A program made the position numbers and the translations under genes. Source: Podarcis filfolensis (lineage: Eukaryota). From it: a DNA stretch of 64,000 nucleotides. The notes beneath the pieces are model-generated. The model saw only the letters and a program-made list of their open reading frames with translations, was not told the origin of the DNA and did not search any database. Within the stretch, counting starts at the first letter, position 1. Every line of letters begins with the position of its first letter. The DNA is taken from NCBI GenBank assembly GCA_964270895.1, contig OZ185437.1; one strand, given 5' to 3'. Shown in pieces: positions 47,783 to 59,708 of this stretch.

Positions 47783-48203
47783 CTGTTTTGATAGATGAAC
47801 AACAAGGAAAACTCACGTTTGTTTCATTATAAACATTTTCCAACTCCCTCAATCCAAGAAATAGAGCGAGCAATATGCATTGGCATGAACATGATGCAAG
47901 ACATCTAACACATGTTTACTGCGTAAAGGAGAGATTTGTTTAAATGGGAACGAACGTGGGGCAGGTTCCAATATGCAATTTATTGCGTCTTATTTTATGC
48001 AGAGTAGCATCTTCTAAGCCCAATGAAAGGTGTGTTTTTTAAAAAAAAAAAACACAGCCTGTTCTGTTCAAAACACAAACACAGTTCTGTTGCAAGCTAC
48101 GTTTCACTCCCCATAACCTCATCAATATCGCAAATCAATCTTCACTTTATCAAAAACACAGGAAAAGAATACACACTCGCAGCCAAGAGATAAGACATCT
48201 TAC

Positions 48204-48317
48204 CGGTCATATTTGGTTGCAGCAACTTTATTACATTACTGATCGCACCTGAGAGGGGACTGAAGTAAAAATTATTCAGAGATGCCGCACCGGCTTCCAG
48301 CTGAGTATACACTGAAT
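48204..48317 (-). CDS. MDN1: MDN1 exon w21 (linker)
   Basis: SVYTQLEAGAASLNNFYFSPLSGAISNVIKLLQPNMT; CAG/GTAAGA. Confidence 0.9.
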
Positions 48318-49128
48318 CTGTAGAAAGAAGACGACCTGTGAATTCATGCCTTTCGAAGCTTATTATTTTTATTTATATGCTGGTAAGAATTCTCACTCGC
48401 CCTTCATCGTCAGGGCAGGTTGCAGCAATATACTGCACAATGATGAAAACAGACAGAGCCATTACAATTATAAAACGAGTGAAACGAAACAGAACAGTGT
48501 AATTTCAATTAAACGTGCTGGGTTCCACGAATCAAAACACCTGGACTGCCAAAGGATTCCGCTACGATCCAATCCCAAAGCCCTGTCCACCCCATGCTTA
48601 AGGACCAAGAACTCCTGTGCATATATTGGGGGGGGCCTACTTCCTATTAGCTGCAGCTCCTTACACATCAGGTGACGCGCTGAAAGTCCAGCAACCTGAA
48701 TGAGTGGGGTATTCATGGGGCAGCTGTGAGAAGAAAGCCAACCCCTGCGGAGAATGCAGTCAATTAATCAAGATAAAGCTGAATTGGTATCAACCTATGA
48801 AATCAGTTGTGAGCTAGGGAAACCCAGCCAGATGGGTATGGTTATTACTATCAGAGGCCAAGAAGAAGCTGCAGGCCACAGAGCCAAGAAATTCCAGTTT
48901 TGGGGTTGAGAGTCTAATCAATTTTTTATTTTTATTTTTGGCCATGAGACACTATTTCCTTTCACTCACTTATTGCACACACTATTCTGGTGACGCTGTG
49001 CTTTTGACTTCCTCCATCTCTCTACATTTACTTACAAAACGCAAGCATAGGATCGTGCTGCATGATTCTCTTCCACCACCACAAACATTCAGATTAGTCT
49101 TGCTTAAGCAGCAAGAGTCAACACTTAC

Positions 49129-49349
49129 CAGGCACTTGTGGCAAATTCTTTTTTAACTGATTAAGCCACCCAACTCTCAACGTCCAGTCTTGATTCGTTG
49201 CTTTCTCTATGAATAACTTAACGGCTGCAGAAAGGACCTCCATGCCGTCTGCCCAAGAGGCACTAGCCTCCACTGCACTGAATTTGAGGCAATCTGGATT
49301 AGGGGAGTGCAGAATTTTCTCAAAGTCATGTATAGTGAGAGGCAGCGTC
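49129..49349 (-). CDS. MDN1: MDN1 exon w20 (linker)
   Basis: TLPLTIHDFEKIL...ATNQDWTLRVGWL...LPQVP; CAG/GTAAGT. Confidence 0.94.
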
Positions 49350-50306
49350 CTGAAATGAGAGGTCATTGTAAGAAGATCATACCTGCGCAAAGAACAAACC
49401 ATCTATACAATTTCCAAAGACCTAGAGGAGATTTAACCCCTAAATATGTTAGAAGTAACCATGGTGTGCTGCCTTAACTCTGAGTAAAATCCCAGCTGGA
49501 CACTGAAACCATGCTTTCAAACTATTGCCACGTCCAGAATTGACGCTTTACAGTATTCCATTTTTCCAACATGCACTATTAAAAAATGTGGTAACACCCA
49601 CATTTTATGTGATCTTTCACATGATGTAAGACATATCTGGAAATATGTGGGACCTAATGGAAGTTCAATGCTCATTTCCATGTTAACTGCTTCCAGAAAA
49701 ACAACAGCAACTGTGCACCACCCCATTAACCTGGAATATCTCAGTAGTTTTGAGCTGTAATTTCCCTGCCGTTTTCATGTGATGAAATCTAGGAGAGTAG
49801 GTAGTCCATCATACAGTTCCCCTCCCCCCAACATTTTCATGGGTGAACAATGGGGGAACAGAAGCATGTATGCATATAGAGGGGGGTGAAATGCCCAGTG
49901 ACACCCGTCACGTCACGCCCACTGGTGAGAATGACTTTTAGCATTACATGGTGGTATATTCATCAAAAAGCCACGGTTCCATAACGCAACAGATAATGCA
50001 GTGTGAAAGGAATGTTAGAAACCGGTAGAGCAGGGCTAGCATTATAACCAAAATAGCAACACAACAAACCCCACATTTGAAAGCAGCTTAAGCTTCGCAG
50101 GTATAGGGAATGAGAGCTGCTTGCTACCTTGTAAACAAAGAGAGTGGAGGCAGGAAAACGGCCTTAACTATGGTAGCCCAGTGCAGATGTAACTGCTAAC
50201 GTTGCTCACTTATTTACATAGAGGGGCAGGCAAAAGGCTGCTCACCAATTAACCTGGAACAGTTCACTCTTATATTTCCAGAGGGATAGCAACACCTTGT
50301 GCTCAC

Positions 50307-50509
50307 CTGCTGTTTCTCAGATTCAGCCTGTTCAGGCAGTAAGCCAGGACCTGGCCATCGTGATGAACCATAGAAAGCAGAGAGTCTTCAGCTGCAAACA
50401 GAGCACTGGATGCAGAATCTGGCCACAATCCTAAGGCAAGGAGGGAAGCACCCCTCGTTTCCTCTGAATCCAAGACTGAAACATGCTTCATTATCAAGTC
50501 CAGCATATG
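50307..50509 (-). CDS. MDN1: MDN1 exon w19 (linker)
   Basis: HMLDLIMKHV...GLWPDS...AYCLNRLNLRNS; TAG/GTGAGC. Confidence 0.94.
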
Positions 50510-50791
50510 CTAGTATATCAGGAGAGACAAAGGGTTGCGATTAGGTTCTTCAACTGGGAAAAACAACAACAGTAGTCTTCTTTCTGTAACGTTTTTCTCA
50601 GGCGTGGAAAACAAGGGCACTTTTATCAAAAAAAATTATTAAAATATAGCAGTTAGTTTGAAAAGATAGATATATACATGGTCTCTAATTGTTGACTGCT
50701 CAGACTTTGAACTGTCTCTCACTGATTTTGCAAAAGTTGACTCTCTAGCACAAACACTTGATGAGCACATTTCCAATGGAGGAAGACTTAC

Positions 50792-50937
50792 CTTTTGGTT
50801 GTCTCCTGACTGCTGTGAACTCACGTAGATGTCCCAACACGCTTTATAGAAACTCTTTGCTAAACCAAATCCTCGGCGCAACTGCTGCACGATCAGCGTT
50901 GCAGCATTAATCAAAGCAGATAGAGTGTAAGTGGAAC
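50792..50937 (-). CDS. MDN1: MDN1 exon w18
   Basis: STYTLSALINAATLIVQQLRRG...QQSGDNQK; CAG/GTAAGT. Confidence 0.94.
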
Positions 50938-51183
50938 CTGAGAAGGAAAAACTAACATTACAACCCACCAAGCACCTTTGTAGAATGCCTAGGAATTTAA
51001 CCATTTTTTTTGCTTTCCCCCTTTTTCAAACCACCTACCTGAGCTAACTTCCATATTATAAATCTGAAATCATAATCAAAATTTCCCAATTCATTCTCTC
51101 TCTCAGATGGTCTCTAACACAATCACTAAATAGAAGTTATTCTCTTTAGCGCTTGCCAAGTTTATTATGCATGCTTATCTCAC

Positions 51184-51386
51184 CTGCTATGCTTTCCTTA
51201 GCTTCTGTATGCACAGCCACGAGCTCATCACATATGCTGCTTCCAAACAAGCCCATTCCATGAAGCAGCAGCTTCACATCGTGAAGATCCAATGAATCAC
51301 TCTCTCCAGGAACGTAGATCTCAATTCCACGATTCCGCATGGCTCGGGATATTTCACCGTGTGATGGATCCATCGAAAGGAAAAGC
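51184..51386 (-). CDS. MDN1: MDN1 exon w17 (D6)
   Basis: LFLSMDPSHGEISRAMRNRGIEIY...EAKESIA; AAG/GTGAGA. Confidence 0.94.
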
Positions 51387-51812
51387 CTTTTTAAGTTTCA
51401 ATACACATAAGAGAGTATGGTTATTTAAGTTACCCATCCAGTATGTAATCTTGCACTGCTGCTCCTGGGGTGGAGCGAGCGACGAAGAGGTCACACTACA
51501 GCCTTGCAATTAGGCACTTGCCTGCAATGTTTAGCGACCAAGGTTATCACCTTGATAAGAGCAATACCAACAGTACATTTCTAAGCTGAGTTTCTATTAG
51601 AGGGGTACTTGGTTTGTCTGGCTCTTCCCTATGCACAAAGTTTTTTTAAAAAAATGCTTATTGCACCCCTGAACTGCCTCCTCTCCACCACCAGGGAACT
51701 CTGCCTTGGCAGAAAAGGGAACTAACCACACTGTTCTACTGTCTTGGCTAGGTGAACACAGAGACATGTTGTGGCTGCTACTTTCATGGCTTCCTCCTCT
51801 CCTTATCCTACT

Positions 51813-51957
51813 TAGAATCAAATAATTGTAGAGTTGGAAGGGACCCTGAGGATCATTGATTCCAGCCCCCTGTAGTGAAGGAATATGCAACTGTCCCTAC
51901 ACAGGGATCAAGCCTGCAACCTTGGCATTATCAACACCGCACTCTAACCAACCAACC
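51813..51957 (-). mobile_element. tRNA-derived SINE with CR1-like 3' tail
   Basis: Minus strand: ggttagagtgcggtgttgataatgccaaggttgcagg head; gggtcccttccaactctacaatt..gattcta tail. Confidence 0.7.
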
Positions 51958-52428
51958 TCCCCAACCTGCTTTATTAAACTTGCTGGACACCCAAATAGCA
52001 AATGCTCTCTAGGCTTTATACAGAAAAGGAGGAAATGATTTTTTAAAAAACACAAGAATCCAGTAAAAATCTAAAGGCAATAATTAAGCAGAGAATGAAA
52101 ATGTATGTGTGCCTGCGTGCCTGCATATACACATGCAGTTCAGAGAAGGTGGAGAGACTAGCATTCGTGCATCACACTGCTTTGCTGCCCAGCAAAGGAA
52201 GACAAATGACCTTGTTGTAAAAAAAAAAAAGGGGGGGGTGCTAAGAGAAAACTATCAAGCAATACATCACTTTGTTGACCCAGCTGAGCGATGATCAAAC
52301 CTACACTTATTTTCAAGGCTGCAGTAGTGATACCTTAAAGAGACGGTGTTCCCACCCCAATGCATACTGCAACTCTCAAAGCATAATCCAACAACACACT
52401 CCAATAAGCACAAAGAATGTCAGCGCAC

Positions 52429-52545
52429 CTGAAATTTGGATGCGGTGTGATAGTGGGGGTTACACCATCGATCACTCCTCTTTCACTCATGGTGAGGACT
52501 CCTCCAGGTTCAAGCAGAGCATTCAAGCGGTCCAGCACAGAAGGA
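52429..52545 (-). CDS. MDN1: MDN1 exon w16 (D6)
   Basis: PSVLDRLNALLEPGGVLTMSERGVIDGVTPTITPHPNF; TAG/GTGCGC. Confidence 0.95.
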
Positions 52546-53195
52546 CTACACACAAGAAGTAAAGGAACAATTAAGCACTAAAGGTGGCTCACTGATTTAC
52601 TAACAACTGCAAGCATTCATTTGGCTTCATAATGGAAGGAGTATTCCCCCCCCCCTCCGCCCTGCTCAATCTGATCAGTTTTATAGCATCAGATATACGG
52701 AAGTAATGCAGAAATGTCATGGGATGGTGTCCAGTTCTGTCCCCTCTGCTCAACAAAGACTCTTTGCCCCAGTGGATGCTTCTGTGACTGGAAGGGAGGG
52801 GAAAGCAATTTGTGCAATTTTTTGCAAACTTCCCCCTTTCTTCTGCATTGCCTCCTCCTTTCCCAAAGTGTTCCCTAACCCTCTGGAGCAGGAATTCCCT
52901 TTTTTTGGGGGGGGGTGTCACAGTAAGCTACAGAGAGAAGGGAGAAATAAGCAAAAATTGCCTTATGACTTTCCCCTTCTGTTCACGGAAGTGTCTGCTG
53001 GAGCAAAGGACCTCCTTGAGTAGATGGGAGATAACTGTATAATCCAGTTTCCTTTGAAACAGTAAATGATGATCTACTCCTTGAATTTCTCTCTTTGATC
53101 TGGTACATGATTTGTAACAGAGATTCAATGACGTTTATCCAATGTGGTTTTCTATATTTATGATAATTTCTTTCTAACAACACAGTTGCGCTTAC

Positions 53196-53355
53196 CTGCA
53201 GAAGTTAACATTGTCCATCAAGAGCCATTCTCCGGACTGTAAAGCCTGAACCAACATCCCATCAACCCATTCAAATGTGCCGTGGTTGCTGCTGCTCATA
53301 TACTGAATAACCTGCAGCTTGAAGTGCCGAAATTCTTCTACAAGTCTTGAAAACT
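53196..53355 (-). CDS. MDN1: MDN1 exon w15 (D6 Walker B)
   Basis: FSRLVEEF...GTFEWVDGMLVQALQSGEWLLMDNVNFC; TAG/GTAAGC. Confidence 0.96.
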
Positions 53356-54134
53356 CTAAAATCAGGGGGAGAGATACTTAGAATACGATTCAATGAACCA
53401 ATAAGCCAGTACTCAAGATTCACACAGAGTGCTTTTCACAACTACATTTAGTCTAGTATCCTTCGCCAACTTAGACAAACGGTCCCTCTTTCTTTGTTCA
53501 GTTGTGATCATAAGATCTTTGCATTAGCTTCGACAAGATGTGATGTCTAAACTAATGCATGTAGATCAACCAGGTTTTCATTAAAAAGGGAGAATGTCTT
53601 TAATATTCACAGAATGATAAACATAATAGACTATTGCTAACTGGTGTGGGGGAGCGGAGCAACCATAACTGTGATGGAGGCTGGAAAAATCTTTAAGGAA
53701 GCAAATAATTATGCTTTGTGCTTCCGCAGATTATGTAGCTTTAATAAATATGGACCTGGGTGGCTTGCTCACAAGTGCTCTATGTGCATTCATCACTGTA
53801 CATGTAAAGTTCCTGCACACTTCGGCTGAATGCCAGTGGGTGCAGGAGAATAGAGAGGTGGTTGCACACATGTCTAGACCATGTGGCACCACAAATACTC
53901 ATACTTTTCCTCTGGTCACATTTGTACACATTTATCTCAGTTGACAACTGCTCCATAAAGACACACCATCTCTCGCCATGAAAATGTCTTCCTTGTAACA
54001 CCAGAGCAGTCTTTAAAATGCTTTGTGGTTTTTGCCTTCTCTGGTGGCATGCAGCAACTGGAATTTGCACATGCTTAGCTGATGACATTTTAAAAGGGAA
54101 AAACGCTATCACTTCCTACTGCTTCTGTGCATAC

Positions 54135-54405
54135 CTGGCTTTGAGTAGGAGCTGATCTTGTTGTTCAGCCGCTGGACCAGTGCAAGGACTCCCTCCAATT
54201 TGTTCACCAGTTCAATGGTTATGTTTTGATTCCCTTCCCCAAGGGACTTTGGCTTGAAATTTAGAACGAAACTGCTCCAGGCACGCAGCACAATTTCAGC
54301 ATCTTCTGGACAGATAGCTGTGAGGAGGAGGCTGTCCCTTAGAAGTGTGCTTACAACGTTCTCCACCTTCTCCAGCAAGCTCTTCCAAGGCCTAATGATG
54401 TCAAC
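54135..54405 (-). CDS. MDN1: MDN1 exon w14 (D6 insert)
   Basis: VDIIRPWKSLLEKVE...NNKISSYSKP; TAG/GTATGC. Confidence 0.95.
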
Positions 54406-54622
54406 CTATAGGACATTTATTACATTGGTCACTGCTTGAACCACCACTTCCCACTGGGTTCCTTCAGCACGGTTTTGGAAACCACTTAGAGGTGTTTCTT
54501 TCTTGCTTTCAGTTAAGACATTTAAACTTTGCCCATTCATATACTCCTCAAATTTAAGTTAAGTGGTATCTTGTATGCATTTGACTTGTCCTTATTCCCA
54601 AATTTAAAAAATGCACACTTAC

Positions 54623-54883
54623 TTGCTCAAATCCACCTAACAGCTCGGTTGTATCCATAGAACTGTTCATCGCCATGATCTTCAACTGATGACCTGTCAG
54701 ATATGCTAGAAGCTGAATGAGGCTGGTCTTGCCAGCAGCCGCAGGGCCTACCAATATCACCATCCAACTCATATGCACACATTTCATGATGGACTCCAAG
54801 GGCTGGAGTGAATGGTGAAGCAGGGATAAGTTTCTGCCAGGAGGAGGAGCATAGTTTGCGCGGGAGAGGATTGAGAAACCAAC
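54623..54883 (-). CDS. MDN1: MDN1 exon w13 (D6 Walker A)
   Basis: VGFSILSR...VILVGPAAAGKTSL...DTTELLGGFEQ; AAG/GTAAGT. Confidence 0.96.
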
Positions 54884-54992
54884 CTTCAGTAGAATTAAAA
54901 ACAAAATAAGCAAGTGCATTAGTGTGCATGTATAGTGTGGAGCAGAAATTCAAGAAGATGCCCAAGTAGCAGCAACTTTTGTTCTCTCTCAC

Positions 54993-55082
54993 CTGGACGT
55001 CATAAGGAGTGATGTGGAACTGTCTGGAACCCATATATGGTTCAGCATCCTGACCAAAAATGTCCCTGAATAGACACACTAC
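54993..55082 (-). CDS. MDN1: MDN1 exon w12
   Basis: VVCLFRDIFGQDAEPYMGSRQFHITPYDVQ; TAG/GTGAGA. Confidence 0.95.
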
Positions 55083-55888
55083 CTAAAACAAACAAGCAAA
55101 AAAACAGATGAAAGATCACATTTATAACAAACGCTGAAATCCTTATATTCTAATTCTGCAGCAACTCTCAAATGAACGATTTCAAAAGAAACCGGGGAAA
55201 CTCCAAATGGGTTGTTTGTTGAAGTCTGAAGTCACCTGCTTCAGGATACAGATCTGCCCAGCTTGTAATGCTCAGCTGCAACCTGAACTAAGCCTCAGCT
55301 TGAGAGAAGCTGGAATGCAAAACTAGACTGCTTACATGCGGGGCCAGTGAGTTTTCAATTGCCCCTCAAAACCACATTTATTTTTCACGCCATTTTTCTG
55401 AGCACTAATCATAAGCAAAACGAGAACAGCATTCTGCAAATCCACTAAAGGCTGATTGTGGCATCTGAGAGTTGCTGGCACAGGACACAGCAAGAAAGCT
55501 GTGGGATCATTTTGTCTGATCAAGCTCCCTAATCGCAATGAAATTACACTTAGGTAGGTTCCCTTTCCACACACTTGCTGTAAGCCCGCTTACCCAATGT
55601 ACCAGGAGTTTACTCTATCTCTAACACATCCTTAGCACATGAATGGTGATAAAACTACATGAGGTCCCTTCAAATCCTGCACCTGCTTAACTGAAATGCT
55701 AATTCAAGGCCTTGGAGGAAAGTAGATAATCTTAAATAGAAGTCATTCAATGTTTCAAATAACGTGGGAAAAGGTACCCAAAAAAATTCAGTAAAATTTG
55801 TGTTTAAGATCCAAGAATGGTTTAACATATCCATACTTGTAAAACAGAAAAGACTAATAGGATTAAGCACATTTTTCATGCTCCTTAC

Positions 55889-56077
55889 CTTCTCCTTGTC
55901 TGTATTTGTTCTCATTCTTTCCCCGTATATCAAGAACATGTGTTGGCCTGGATCGTAACTGCCAGGCGACTGGTCAACAAGCATCAGTTGACACCATCGG
56001 AAAAGGTCACGCAGATTAAACTCCCAAGGTCCACCTTTATGCCCCCACTTCTTCTCAATCATAACTTCTTGATCAAT
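55889..56077 (-). CDS. MDN1: MDN1 exon w11
   Basis: IDQEV...GGPWEFNLRDLFRWCQLM...DKEK; CAG/GTAAGG. Confidence 0.96.
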
Positions 56078-56722
56078 CTGAATAACGTACCAGTTCAAAA
56101 GATTAAAAACTCAGACGTGTTTCAGCTCATGGTAGATTATTAAAACACCATTGCACAAGAAAGCATTCATCGCACCAAGCATTCAACTTAATTTACTGCT
56201 CTTCTAAGCTACCACCACTCTTTACCGTCCATTCAAAATCTTTATGGAATGCTCTTGTTCCAGAATAACTGGGGAAACCTAAACACATACAACATGCAGT
56301 TGTCTTACCTTGGACACACATGTATGATTCTATGCCTACTTGCTAGGGGGAAAGCCTCAAAGAAACTTTTATGTGAACTCAGACTTAGTAAGCCTCAGCC
56401 AAACGGAACATGCCATAGGAAGAAAAAAAGGGAAGTTCTGTCTGACATATCAGGCAACAAAAAATGAAATACAAACCCAGTCTGCAGTGGTTGTTATCTG
56501 TGGAGCCCAGCTAGTTTACATGCCACTGCAACTCCAGAGTTGAAAATGACTACAAATGAAGTTTGTCTCAATACATGTTCGGATGAAAACTGTGACCAGC
56601 TTTTCACATAGTTGCAGCAGTCATTGGTTTGGACTTGTGGGGACAGTCACCAGAACCCTGAAGTCCCTCTCCTTAAGAAGACCATTCACATCATCAAGAG
56701 GAGTTTCAGGAATTATACTTAC

Positions 56723-56830
56723 CATGTTGTTAAATTCAACCATTTTTGCAATAATCTTTTTGTCAATAGCAGGAAACAGGGTATTTCCAATGTACTCCAT
56801 GTCTGCGGATGAGAGAGGGTCCACGAAAAC
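56723..56830 (-). CDS. MDN1: MDN1 exon w10
   Basis: VFVDPLSSADMEYIGNTLFPAIDKKIIAKMVEFNNM; TAG/GTAAGT. Confidence 0.95.
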
Positions 56831-57000
56831 CTACATCATCAATATAATTAAATGGGGTGGGAGGTGAGACTCAAGTATTATTTTTATGTAGACACAGAAA
56901 AATGCACAGTGCGCTTGCAAATGAAATAAAAATGATTCCATTTAGAAAGGAACTGCAAGGAGGACAAGAGAAATAGTTTTAAATGACATTATGGACTTGC

Positions 57001-57198
57001 CTGTGTGAATCTGTTCAGAAAAGATTTGGGCAACCCCTTTCTGCCACCTCCTTGCCTGTAGGGATTCTGGCATCCAAAGATCTTTGTTTTCTTGTGTTGC
57101 ACATGGAAGCTCATTCCCAACTCAGGAATGTAAATCTCTGCCCGATGGTCAAAACAAGCATTCAGGCCTTCTAGTACCGACTGAGAAGCCAAGTTCAG
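57001..57198 (-). CDS. MDN1: MDN1 exon w9 (D5; GC donor)
   Basis: LNLASQSVLEGLNACFDHR...GLPKSFLNRFTQ; TAG acceptor, donor CAG|GCAAGT. Confidence 0.95.
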
Positions 57199-57417
57199 CT
57201 ATTTGAGAGAAACCAACAGGAAAATTTACACTGCCCCTCTTCTTCACAACACACACTTTTGCCCACAAAACACCTTTAAATCTATAGCAAATAAGCAAAA
57301 GTACTGTAGTTAGCTCAGGAAAAGTTAACTTCAGATTAACACAAATGCCCTGGTTATTTAGCTACTCTTTTGGCTTCAAGCTCCTTTTGCACAACTCAAA
57401 AGAGCAACAGCATAGCC

Positions 57418-57635
57418 CAGGGACGTCCAACTCCCAAAGACTGTGATCTACTCCCACTATAAAAAAACTGGCAATGATCTACCCATTGTTGTTGGATGGA
57501 CCAAAGTTGTTGAGCTTTTTAGGAGGCCAAAGCTGTTGAGCTTCTTTGGGGGGAGGGGGAGGAGGAGATCACTGAGGGGCCTGAGATCTACCAGGATCTA
57601 CCAGTAGATCATGATCTACCTGTTGGACACGCCTG
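57418..57635. mobile_element. hAT-superfamily MITE, 218 bp, perfect 8-bp TSD
   Basis: TIRs CAGGGACGTCCAAC / GTTGGACACGCCTG; TSD GCATAGCC at 57410-57417 and 57636-57643. Confidence 0.85.
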
Positions 57636-58235
57636 GCATAGCCTAAAGGTAAATACAACTGTGAAGTCAATGAGGCTGTTGGAATCCACCCAGATAAATG
57701 CCATTGCTCAGGGGTAGAGTAGATGCCTTGTGTGCAAAAAAAGGTCCCAAGAATCAATGGCTAGCATCTTCAAGTGGCACTGTTTGAAACCCTGAGCTGG
57801 ATGGACCAATATTATAAAGCCACTTCCTATGGATTCTATTAAGAAAGTGTTCATTTCAAGCTAATTCAGCCCTAAGACGGCACTTAAAAGGTAAGTAGTA
57901 GTTTTAATCTTCTGTAAACTGCAGCACATCCATGACACAGAACTCAAGCTGTTTGTCCACAAAATCGCCTTCTGTAACTGCCACCCCAGAAAAAGCAAGT
58001 GTGTGTTCTCCCACTGGAAAACTGAATATAAAATCTGAGCAGCCTCTTGAATAAATAGGAGTAGCAGACTGTTCCAGGATACTTTCTCCACTTAAGGAGA
58101 ATGCACTGTTAACTTTACCATGTTTGGATAAGACCCTTTTAAAGTCCCCAAACAGCAAACTGAGACAGCTAGAGACCTCATTTTCCAAAAAAGGAACGAA
58201 AATCCTTTTTCTGTGCTACATTAAGCTGAACTCAC

Positions 58236-58358
58236 CTCATCTAATACAATCCAGTGTCCAGCTTTCAATGCTGCAAGCAAAGGTCCATCACGCCAGGCAA
58301 ATTCCCCTCCTTTGCCCCCTTCAACAGGTAAGTCTGTGCCAAACAAATCTGTGACGTC
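58236..58358 (-). CDS. MDN1: MDN1 exon w8 (D5 Walker B)
   Basis: DVTDLFGTDLPVEGGKGGEFAWRDGPLLAALKAGHWIVLDE; CAG/GTGAGT. Confidence 0.97.
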
Positions 58359-58924
58359 CTGGATCAGAAGGAAGAAAAGTCAAGGTTTCCAAATGCATGT
58401 GAAACAATTGCAATTTAGAAAAAGCTCTCCTAGGCTTGCAGTAATAATCCAGTAGCATTTATACCAAGAGTTATAAATATTTTGTTCTATGCATCTGTTG
58501 CATCAGCCAGTAAGTGCATTCTATGAACAAAAATGAAACCCAAGAGTAATTTTAAAAATAAAGAAAAATAATTCTAAACCATTAAGATTTTAACCAATAT
58601 TCAAGCAGCAAACTTTGATCAAGGTTCTTTGCATCTGTATTTTAGGCAGTTTGTTTTGATCATTCACACCAATAGATGGATCACAATTCTAGCAGAATGT
58701 GTCCCTTCACTAGACAGGAAAAGGAATATAATGCTTCCTCTTAGAATTAATCAACAATACACCCCTTATTAAACTTACCTATTTCTAAGCATCTTCCCCC
58801 TCCCCAATCAATTAGGAGTATTCTCAAGATTTGTGAAAACTTAACACCTGTTAACTTGCAAGTATAGACTCTCACATTCACAAGTACAGGTATCTCAGTG
58901 GAGACCACAGTAATCTCTACCTAC

Positions 58925-59133
58925 CGTTTGTTCAGAAAGATTGATTCTAACAAGGCAATTTCCAGAAGCCTTTGCCAAGGCTGCTACTAGGCTGGTTTTC
59001 CCAACACCTGGAGAGCCTTCCAGGAGAATGGGCTTGTTAAGTTGCAAGGCCCTTAACAACCGCTGTGCATTCATTGCTGTAGTTCCTGCATTTAGAGCGT
59101 AGTCTGAGACATTGTTCTTCTGGTAAATAGGGC
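58925..59133 (-). CDS. MDN1: MDN1 exon w7 (D5 Walker A)
   Basis: PIYQKNN...NKPILLEGSPGVGKTSLV...INLSEQT; TAG/GTAGGT. Confidence 0.97.
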
Positions 59134-59656
59134 CTACAGCACAGAGAAAGCAAATAAAAAATTAATTAGATTACAGGGTAAGATGATCAACATTTTTGCT
59201 CCAGTGAAAGTACCAGCTCATCAGACAGAATAATGGTACCAGATCAACATTCATCTTGATGCAGAGGGAGTTTTTTGTATTTTTGCAATTTCCCCTAATC
59301 TCCCCTCTTTTTAATGGGTGGTGCAGGCTTAGCTATATTAAGCAACGGCACTCCTGTCTTAACATCTGAAATACACAGAATTATGATACTTAACAATTCT
59401 AACTACAGATTGTGGAGTAAAATATTTGAATGCTCCGCCATTAAAGCTCTTAAAAACTCCATGCATATGGAAAGCTAGCATGCCAGAGCGAAGTCTAAGC
59501 TAAGTGCCTTCATCTGAGAAAAGAGCATTCAAGCACTCAATTAGAAATGGAAGGGTCTTGGAAGGACTGTAACAAATTATTTTTTCTGCATGTTTATCAT
59601 CTCTCACGCATTCTGCTCTTAAGTCATCGTAAGCGGCACATCACCATTCAAATTGT

Positions 59657-59657
<1 letters not shown>

Positions 59658-59705
<48 letters not shown>
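59658..59705. repeat. (CAG)16 = (CTG)16 on the transcribed strand, intronic
   Basis: Direct reading. Confidence 0.97.

Positions 59706-59708
<3 letters not shown>

Noticed and set aside
57904-58188. 94-aa sense ORF in the w8-w9 intron
   Set aside because: It is not part of midasin (w8 and w9 join perfectly), has no convincing acceptor-donor pair and no recognisable family. A BLAST or PhyloCSF signal would reopen it.
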